In this document: in pieces, positions 44,221-51,347 of the stretch
How positions within the stretch are numbered: position 1 is the stretch's first letter
Layout: each line of letters starts with the position of its first letter
The notes under the pieces: model-generated
Databases searched by the model: none
Told to the model about the DNA's origin: nothing
What the model saw: only the letters and a program-made list of their open reading frames with translations
Virus record (IMG/VR): IMGVR_UViG_3300020048_000042
Coordinates: 58,313 to 122,312 of that record
Length of the DNA stretch: 64,000 nucleotides
Source: a virus
Reading direction: 5' to 3' (one strand)
Program-made: the position numbers and the translations under genes

Positions 44221-44880
44221 TCAGTTTTTAGAGATTTATAATTTGATTGAAAAAATTCATTTTGACGACTTGCCTGTGCTAGGAACACAGGACTTTGGGT
44301 TAAATAAGATATGCAATCTTGCAAAAACAAGATTTAAGTAATAGACAAATGTGATACAGTTTCCTACACTGCATTTAGACCGCTGAGTCTTCATTTGAAT
44401 TAAACTGGATTCCACTCCAGTCAGCTAACATTCTCCCAAGTGGAATCTTTGTGGAAGAGAATGGATAATGGCATACCACATATTACTGCTGCGGTCAACA
44501 GGTTCACACTGCCAGATTGCTCTCGTGTATAACACTGCCTAGTTTAAACTAAACTCACATAGCTTTATCAAAACACTATATGTAAAATACCTGATTTTAA
44601 AGTCTGCACTAACTTTGGATTATATCACTGCAAATGATAAATAGCACTGTAAATCTCTTTGCAGGAGAAATACAGAACCCAATAGTAGCCCCACAGGTTT
44701 GTCACTGTTTGCTAACAGTAATGATGGTTAGGTTCTCACCCTAACCTTATCCCCCATTCTGCTATGTTTCAAGACAGACCCAGGGATTGTTCATTATGTA
44801 CTCAGTTGAACTCTGGCCAGTAACTTACTGGATATTTGCCTGGTTAAAGAAAAGGCAACAATACTTCAAAGAAAAAACAG
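44221..44880 (-). ncRNA. ~650-nt hairpin-dense putative large ncRNA / leader
   Basis: No substantial ORF; at least ten stems (e.g. 44273-91, 44315-34, 44405-20, 44429-63, 44540-51, 44704-19, 44726-46, 44817-31), several with GUGAGAA/GUGGAA/GUAGGAA loops on the minus strand. Confidence 0.6.
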
Positions 44881-44881
44881 C

Positions 44882-45208
44882 TTATGATTCTAAAGGATCA
44901 AGAAGCCATTGGAAATCTTTCATTCTTTCTTCTGTAGAAATATAAGGCTCCTTGTAAAAAGCCTCAGACTCTAGTTCAGGATAACCATCTACTTTACGCA
45001 TAGACACAAAGTGATAGTACTCAAACTTACCTACTCTATGTTTGTACATATGCCCATAGTAAGAAAGCTCATTTTGCTCTACTTTGGCAGAGTCATCTTC
45101 TACATCTATAAGAGACGTAAGAGAAGAATAATACTCATCTTTACCAATAGGAAGAACTAGTTCCATGTAGGTAAGTTCTAAGTGTGCTAACATCTGTGCT
45201 TTTGTCAT
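44882..45208 (-). CDS. hypothetical protein
   Basis: 108-aa ORF. Confidence 0.5.
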   Translation of the reverse strand: MTKAQMLAHLELTYMELVLPIGKDEYYSSLTSLIDVEDDSAKVEQNELSYYGHMYKHRVGKFEYYHFVSMRKVDGYPELESEAFYKEPYISTEERMKDFQWLLDPLES

Positions 45209-45351
45209 TGTCTTGAGTGTTTATGTTGTGTATAGCTATCTACTGCACAACTAGGTTGTCAAAAAACTGGTGAAGATTGTTGTCAAAGAAATGTGGTGAT
45301 GGTGAATGACCACCACCACTCACACTCTCTAAACAACTAAAACTCAAGTGA

Positions 45352-45846
45352 TTACTCACCTGCAGGGAAGGATGCAACACCAGAAGCAAGCTTACTAGTT
45401 GCAACTTCACTCTGATTGTCGTGAGCCACAGACAAATCGTGCATACGATCAGCTGCATCCCACTTAACAAAGCGTAGAATACGTTCACCACCTGATGTTA
45501 AAGCAACACCGTCAGCACCAGCAGTTTTTACATAAGGCTCAATTGCCTCTTCAAAACTAACATCACTGCGAAGGTATTCTTTCGCTACATCAGCAGGTAC
45601 TTGAGATTCTAGGTACTCAAGTGTAACCAATTTACCTGGTAAAGACAAACCTTTTGCACTTGCAACAAATGCATTAAGCGTATCAGTCTTACCACGTAAT
45701 AGTGTTGTACGCTTTACTTCGCGAATCCATCCACCATTCTGTACAATAGCACTTTGCTCCAATTGCACATACGCAAAATCACCGTTGTTTTGGTACGGTG
45801 TAACCACATTGCCAGTCTTTCCTGGCACAATTCTAACATTACTCAT
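45352..45846 (-). CDS. early protein, paralogue A
   Basis: GGWIRE.KRT.L.R...LPGK....EYLE..VP...A.E.LR.DV.FEEAIEPY.K.AG.DG.ALT..G.RIL.F..WD shared with 46752-47255. Confidence 0.75.
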   Translation of the reverse strand: MSNVRIVPGKTGNVVTPYQNNGDFAYVQLEQSAIVQNGGWIREVKRTTLLRGKTDTLNAFVASAKGLSLPGKLVTLEYLESQVPADVAKEYLRSDVSFEEAIEPYVKTAGADGVALTSGGERILRFVKWDAADRMHDLSVAHDNQSEVATSKLASGVASFPAGE

Positions 45847-46160
45847 ACATCAAGAGTTATTAAATTAATACTGTATGCCTTGGGGGGTGTCGTATTGGAC
45901 AAGACAACAGCAAGAAAAAAGTTGTCTCCACGCTGTGTAGCATCTTGACTCACTCTCTGAGAATCAAGCATTTAGGTTTTGCTGTTTGTATGCTGTTTGT
46001 ATGCACCTCTTTACTCAACCCCTGCGCAAAAACTGCATTTACGCACAATGCGTGTCGTATGCCAAAGGGTGATGTCGTCTCTGCTCTCAACCTCCATGGA
46101 AAAAACTGCACTGACAGTGTGTACCGTCAATGCAATTTTCCATGCAGCTTCTATGCAAGA

Positions 46161-46355
46161 TCACTTACGCTCGTCATCAGCTATGTGAATAGAGCATGTC
46201 ACAGCGAAGACCACCAGCACAACTTGGATGATCCACCCAAATGCACTGTACTCCTCAAACTTAAATGCAGATCCCAGAGTCATCATGCCCTCTAGGAATA
46301 TGAGTACTAGCAATCCTATGCTGATACACATTGTGTAATAGACTACATCTTTCAT
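46161..46355 (-). CDS. small two-TM protein
   Basis: Two hydrophobic helices; ATGA overlap. Confidence 0.55.
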   Translation of the reverse strand: MKDVVYYTMCISIGLLVLIFLEGMMTLGSAFKFEEYSAFGWIIQVVLVVFAVTCSIHIADDERK

Positions 46356-46681
46356 TTGCCATAGTTTTTAATCTTGACACTGACAGTGATAGTCAAATCA
46401 CAATCATCCACGTCTGCAAACTTGCTTCTACATAGTAGTACAAAGTCACGTGGATGTTCTCTGTGATGTGGGTTAATAACCCAGCACACATTCAGATCCA
46501 GGTGTAAGCCTGAAACTGTGGAGGCAAGTGGTATGATAAATCTTCTACCAACCACGTTATCTCCAATGGCATATCTAATGCCATCAACCCCATTGTATAC
46601 CTTCATTTTAGGTATACGTTTATCTTTCATGAACTCTTTAAGGGGTTGAGAGTCCACGAATGTAAAATTGTAATTACACAT
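46352..46681 (-). CDS. hypothetical protein
   Basis: 109-aa ORF. Confidence 0.5.
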   Translation of the reverse strand: MCNYNFTFVDSQPLKEFMKDKRIPKMKVYNGVDGIRYAIGDNVVGRRFIIPLASTVSGLHLDLNVCWVINPHHREHPRDFVLLCRSKFADVDDCDLTITVSVKIKNYGK

Positions 46682-46751
46682 AGCAATTTGTTTTAAAAGT
46701 GAAAGAGCGTGTTACTAGATTTCACACGCTCTGATTACCAATGATGGCCCC

Positions 46752-47255
46752 TTAGAAAGGAGCTTTATCATCAGTAGCAACTACTGCACCTTTCTTAGAT
46801 GCAGCAACCTCAGCAACATTATCATGTTGAAGGATTTGGTCTTGTTGCTCTCCAGTTGGATCCCAGTTGGAGAATTTCAAGATACGCTTACCATCAATAG
46901 TAAGCGCAGGTCCATCTTGTCCTGCCTTTTTCAAGTAAGGTTCAATGGCTTCCTCAAAGGTTACATCTTCACGTAGATGTTCCTTAGCAAGGTTAGCAGG
47001 CACAGCATCTTCTAAGTACTCACGCACTTGAATCTTGCCAGGCAACGAGCCATTCTTAGCTTGAGAGGCGATGAACTTCTCAAGTGTAGTAACGCTAGCT
47101 CTTATCAAGCATGTGCGTTTACTTTCACGAATCCAACCTCCAGTAGTAACTAATGAAGATGATTCTAACACTACATAGCCAAACTCAGGGTTAGACTTAT
47201 AAGCAGTGAATAATGCACCCGTAGATGCAACTTTAATGTTGACAGAATTTGCCAT
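46752..47255 (-). CDS. early protein, paralogue B
   Basis: Clear similarity to 45352-45846; ends DDKAPF. Confidence 0.75.
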   Translation of the reverse strand: MANSVNIKVASTGALFTAYKSNPEFGYVVLESSSLVTTGGWIRESKRTCLIRASVTTLEKFIASQAKNGSLPGKIQVREYLEDAVPANLAKEHLREDVTFEEAIEPYLKKAGQDGPALTIDGKRILKFSNWDPTGEQQDQILQHDNVAEVAASKKGAVVATDDKAPF

Positions 47256-47259
47256 GATG

Positions 47260-47770
47260 TAGGAAATTTATGGGCATAGCCCAATTAAAAGTTTGTGCAC
47301 TATAATTCTTAAGGCCATAGTGCGAATGCCTGTATCATTTGGGGGTTGACATAATCAACCACGTAAAATGCAATGTGTATAGGACAAGGTAATAGAGAGT
47401 ACACAGAGATATGATTAGTACCTCTGTGTGTCTCGTGCCTGCGCAGGCGTCAGCATCCCACTGACTACTTCTAGTTACTTTACCATATCTCTGTAGTAGG
47501 CATAGGCCTCTCTGAGAGATTTAGCAAGTATCTGTACTCCTGCAATGTAGTAGATGTTCATACGTTCATTGAGTTTGTCCTGAACGTCTAGGGGGGTGAC
47601 GTTGGTTGTGTTGAAGGGGGGGACTCATTCAATAGGCACTCTACCTATTCTCATCCTCATACCATTTTCACCACCATAAAATTTTTCCAATTTTGAAAAG
47701 CATATCAATAAATGTGTTAAGTTTAAACTTTTCTGTATATTTGTCTTGTCAAAAACTTAATATATATAAC
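47260..47770. promoter_or_regulatory. strand-switch region between early/replication and late modules (divergent promoters, possible origin or genome end)
   Basis: ~500 bp without credible ORF; all genes diverge from it; G-run motifs at 47341, 47591, 47616; hairpins; TATATTTG at 47736-47743. Confidence 0.55.
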
Positions 47771-48013
47771 ATGGCAGAACAAGAAAAAGAAAAGCTAACT
47801 AGAGAAGAAGTGGTAGCTTGGTACACAGAACAGATTGAAGTTGCAAAGCTACGAGCTGATTTGTCAGAACAGCAAGCACGTGCGGTGCAGTTTGAATCGG
47901 CACGTTTGCAGCACATGGTGATGATTGCAAACATTACTACAGCAGAGAAGAATATTCTCAGTGAAGACGATGAGTTGGAAGACGGTCCAACTGAAGAAAA
48001 AATAAACTCTTAA
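47771..48013 (+). CDS. small coiled-coil protein, first late-side gene
   Basis: Start ATG 47771 (MAEQEKEKLTREEV). Confidence 0.6.
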   Translation: MAEQEKEKLTREEVVAWYTEQIEVAKLRADLSEQQARAVQFESARLQHMVMIANITTAEKNILSEDDELEDGPTEEKINS

Positions 48014-48024
48014 AGTTTAAATTT

Positions 48025-48312
48025 ATGGAAAACACATTTAAGTTATTGGGAAGACGTATTCTAGTTACAATCCCAAAAAGAAAAGAGTCAGTTATTGAAC
48101 TGACAGCAGAGGTTGAAAGACAACTTGACGAACAAATGATTAAGCAATGGATATCTCTTGAGGTATTTGCTATTGGTGATTCAGTTGATACTGTCAAAGT
48201 AGGCGATAAAGTTTATATTTCTGCGGCATCACTTACCACAGCAGAACGTATTCCTATAGGAGACGAAGTGAAAATGATGGTTGGAGAATTTGATATCTCT
48301 ATCATTTGGTAA
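48025..48312 (+). CDS. GroES/cpn10-like co-chaperonin
   Basis: KLLGRRILV..., EVFAIG..V..VKVGDKVY, ...MVGEFDI..IW. Confidence 0.7.
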   Translation: MENTFKLLGRRILVTIPKRKESVIELTAEVERQLDEQMIKQWISLEVFAIGDSVDTVKVGDKVYISAASLTTAERIPIGDEVKMMVGEFDISIIW

Positions 48313-48339
48313 GTAATTTTTAACTTTAAAATAAGAACA

Positions 48340-48696
48340 ATGCAAGAAGAAGAAAAAATCAACACATCACCTATAGGAACAAATGGTGAACAAGTATTAG
48401 GCGAAGAACCAGTTGTTGTCCAAGAAACACCAATTGATATGACCAAAGTGTCCATGACAAGTCGTGGCGAAACACTATGTGGAATTAGTTTTAATCCTTC
48501 AGGTAGTGACGAAGTGGCTACAGTAAAACGTGCATGTGCATACTTAATGGATGTGATTGAGAAACATCGCGAAGAAAGTATTCAAAATGGTACACTTACA
48601 GCTGATAGAGAATTTTTAATGAACCATGCTCTTGGTCAAGTTTTAAATGCTCAGATGAATGTTGTAAAAGTAATCACGTTTGACCCTGAAGTGTAA
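48340..48696 (+). CDS. Acb2/Tad1-like helical-hairpin protein (candidate nucleotide-signal sponge)
   Basis: GISFNPSGSDEVATVKRACAYLMDVI...AL.QVLNAQMNVVKVIT. Confidence 0.5.
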   Translation: MQEEEKINTSPIGTNGEQVLGEEPVVVQETPIDMTKVSMTSRGETLCGISFNPSGSDEVATVKRACAYLMDVIEKHREESIQNGTLTADREFLMNHALGQVLNAQMNVVKVITFDPEV

Positions 48697-48708
48697 TGTC
48701 AACACAAG

Positions 48709-49098
48709 ATGGAGGTAAATAAAGTAGAACGAAAATACAGGATAACTCACTATGACTTGGTTAAATACCAGGTCATAACTGAGTTTGTGTTTTTTAGAAA
48801 AGAAGCACTCCTTGAATCTGATCTTGAATTGCTTACCTTATTGGCAATAAAAGGGCCAATGGAATTACCAAAGTTCTGCAACCTTGCAGTCAAAGAATCT
48901 GGTGAAGTAATTGCTCCAGAAGATTTTGCTGTCAAATCACAGAACGTGAGAAATAAGATTACCAAGTTAGAAAAGCGAGGGCTTATAAAGAAGTCAGATG
49001 GATACAAGAAATCAATTGAGATTGCGTCATCTGTACCAATTCATAAGTCAGGAAATGTGCTTTTAGACTACAAATTTCTTGCAGTTGAGACCAATTAA
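48709..49098 (+). CDS. winged-helix-like protein
   Basis: SQNVRNKITKLEKRGLIKK recognition helix/wing. Confidence 0.5.
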   Translation: MEVNKVERKYRITHYDLVKYQVITEFVFFRKEALLESDLELLTLLAIKGPMELPKFCNLAVKESGEVIAPEDFAVKSQNVRNKITKLEKRGLIKKSDGYKKSIEIASSVPIHKSGNVLLDYKFLAVETN

Positions 49099-49483
49099 AC
49101 GTAAGCAAATTTCTGAGAAGGTTGCAGAAAAACTAAAGTTGTCTGCAGAGATAGTTGATGAAGTAATGAGTTGCTATTTCAGAGCTGTTCAAAAGAAACT
49201 TAGTGCTTTGGAACATGACAGAGTTTCTGTTGATGGACTTGGTACATTTTATATCAAGCGTAGAAAGCTTGAACAAAAACTTACAAAGTACAAAGACGCA
49301 TTACTTCGTTATGAGACAAAACCTAACCCTGATATGTCTGACTATAGCTCCATTAGAGATATGAAATTTGAGATTGAAAAGTTTGAAAAAGCAATATCAA
49401 AGATGGACTATGAGGCAGACAGAAAAGTAATTAAACAACAAGATATCCAAGATTATAAAACTAAAAACGATGAGTCTAATTAA
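49079..49483 (+). CDS. HU/IHF-like DNA-binding protein
   Basis: ISEKVAEKLKLS.EIVDEV...RVSVDGLGTFYIKRRK; IHF-like genes are typical of crAss late modules. Confidence 0.7.
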   Translation: MQLRPIKRKQISEKVAEKLKLSAEIVDEVMSCYFRAVQKKLSALEHDRVSVDGLGTFYIKRRKLEQKLTKYKDALLRYETKPNPDMSDYSSIRDMKFEIEKFEKAISKMDYEADRKVIKQQDIQDYKTKNDESN

Positions 49484-49775
49484 GATTTGGAAAGAAAAGG
49501 GTAAGATCTTTGAAGGTGTTAAAAATAGTATGTTTAAGCAAGTTCATATTGAGGAGATTGCTAAGACAAGAATGAGCATCTGTGAAGAATGTCCACTTAT
49601 TGATCGCGAAGGGACAAAGTGTTATATGGTCGGCACACAACCTTGTTGTGGTGATTGTGGATGCAAGTTGTCATTTAAAACGCGTTCATTATCTTCAGAA
49701 TGTCCTCAAGGAAAATGGGACGCTGTAACTACTGAAGATGAAGAAGAAGCAATTATTAACAGTATAAAAGAATAA
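49470..49775 (+). CDS. small Cys-rich Zn-binding protein
   Basis: R.SICEEC...CGDCGC.L..K.RSLSSECPQGKW. Confidence 0.7.
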   Translation: MSLIKIWKEKGKIFEGVKNSMFKQVHIEEIAKTRMSICEECPLIDREGTKCYMVGTQPCCGDCGCKLSFKTRSLSSECPQGKWDAVTTEDEEEAIINSIKE

Positions 49776-49777
49776 CC

Positions 49778-50632
49778 ATGCTATCATTTGAACCAGAAAA
49801 TCACAAATATAAATCAACTGACCCTAATGATCATACAGAATGGGTAAGTGTCACAACACTGATTAGTTGTTTAAAGAAACCTTTTGACTCAAAGGCTATT
49901 TCAAAAAGAAGTTCCAAGAATAACAAGCCAACCAACAAGTGGTATGGCATGACTCCTGAAGAAATACAAGCAATATGGAAAGCTGAGGCCAAACGTGCTA
50001 CTGATTTAGGAAGTTGGTATCATGATCAACGCGAAGCAGACCTATTAGCATGTGACACAATTGACAGACATGAATGCACATTGCAAGTCATAAAACCATT
50101 AGCAAATGAAAAAGGATACAAAATTGCATCATCTCAGAAATTACTTGCAGGGATTTACCCTGAGCATCTTGTCTATCTCAGATCTGTTGGTATTTGTGGT
50201 CAATCAGACCTTGTAGAAATTGCAAACGGCCACATACACATTACAGATTACAAGACAAACAAAGAAATTAAAACAGAATCCTTTGTAAATTGGGAAGGAA
50301 TTTCTCAGAAAATGAATCAACCAATCTCACACTTGGATGATTGTAATTACTTTCATTATGCTTTGCAATTGTCCATATACATGTACATGATACAGAAACA
50401 TAATCCCAATCTTAAGCCAGGTTCTTTAGTATTACACCACATTATATTTGAAAATGAAGGTGAAGATAAGTTTGGATATCCTATATCAAAACGTACAGAA
50501 CAAGGAGATCCAATTGTAAAAGACATTATTATTTATGAGTTACCATACTTAAAAGACGAAGTTATGACTATCTTGCAGTGGTACAAAGACAATAAAGAGG
50601 AAGTACTTTCTTACTCTAAAAATAAAAACTAA
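49778..50632 (+). CDS. PD-(D/E)XK nuclease (crAss late-module type)
   Basis: SVTTLI, GSWYH, CGQSDLV, ITDYKTNKEI, YALQLSIY. Confidence 0.85.
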   Translation: MLSFEPENHKYKSTDPNDHTEWVSVTTLISCLKKPFDSKAISKRSSKNNKPTNKWYGMTPEEIQAIWKAEAKRATDLGSWYHDQREADLLACDTIDRHECTLQVIKPLANEKGYKIASSQKLLAGIYPEHLVYLRSVGICGQSDLVEIANGHIHITDYKTNKEIKTESFVNWEGISQKMNQPISHLDDCNYFHYALQLSIYMYMIQKHNPNLKPGSLVLHHIIFENEGEDKFGYPISKRTEQGDPIVKDIIIYELPYLKDEVMTILQWYKDNKEEVLSYSKNKN

Positions 50633-51147
50633 TGGTTAAGTTATTTGATCTCCAGAATAGTGTAATAGTTCCTACAGAACATTGTTACAATTTGATTTTT
50701 CTTAAACGCATCATGGATGAGTACCCCGATGACTATATGCAAATCTATAGTTATCTCTTCTACATGAGCTGTCCAAATCCAGATATTAATCCATTTTTTG
50801 ATGTACGTGAACATGAAAAAGAAGAACTTATTCTCATGCAACTACAGGCAACATTCTCCACAGAAGATGAAGATATTGTTGTGGCTCTTGAACTTTGCAA
50901 AAAAATGTATGAAACCCCTACGTACAGGGCTTACATGGGTATCAAATCTATGTTGGATCGTCTTGCTACTTACATGGAGCACACCCCAATACAACATGGC
51001 CGTGATGGTAATATCACACCGTTGGTCAATGCTGCAGCAAAGTTTGAACAGATTCGTGGTGCATACAAAGGAACTTACAAAGACCTTATGGAAGAACAAA
51101 AAAGTGTTGTCAGAGGAGGACAAAATCTTGCATACGACCAATTCTAA
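50632..51147 (+). CDS. conserved crAss-like protein upstream of TerL (possible small terminase)
   Basis: 171-aa ORF with TAATG overlap; position directly before TerL. Confidence 0.55.
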   Translation: MVKLFDLQNSVIVPTEHCYNLIFLKRIMDEYPDDYMQIYSYLFYMSCPNPDINPFFDVREHEKEELILMQLQATFSTEDEDIVVALELCKKMYETPTYRAYMGIKSMLDRLATYMEHTPIQHGRDGNITPLVNAAAKFEQIRGAYKGTYKDLMEEQKSVVRGGQNLAYDQF

Positions 51148-51151
51148 AGTT

Positions 51152-51346
51152 ATGGAATTGCAGTCATACATAGTAAAAGTTGAGCACATTTCAGATGGGC
51201 CAATAATTCAGAGAACAATGCCAGTAATACCTAGCAAAGGTGATTGGATAAAACTTGGAACAGATCATTACGTTGTAAAGAATGTAACTTGGAATTTTTC
51301 AGATATGCGCACAGTAGTATTACTAGTTGACAACCCAAAAATTTAA
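51152..51346 (+). CDS. small beta-rich protein
   Basis: Start ATG 51152 (MELQSY...VIPSKGDWI...YVVKNVTW). Confidence 0.55.
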   Translation: MELQSYIVKVEHISDGPIIQRTMPVIPSKGDWIKLGTDHYVVKNVTWNFSDMRTVVLLVDNPKI

Positions 51347-51347
51347 A

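Noticed and set aside
44680-44700. Possible second tRNA or tmRNA end (GGGGCTACTA)
   Set aside because: No T-arm (GGTTCRA) or cloverleaf could be built around it
43228-44880. Group I intron carrying an ORF (AAGATATAG resembles the S element)
   Set aside because: No convincing P, Q or R (CAGACTA) elements in the right order, and no interrupted gene on either side; flanking genes are complete
45945-46295. 116-aa plus-strand ORF in the early region
   Set aside because: Opposite to all neighbouring genes, overlaps a better-supported minus-strand TM gene, has an odd Cys-rich composition, and spans repeats that look non-coding
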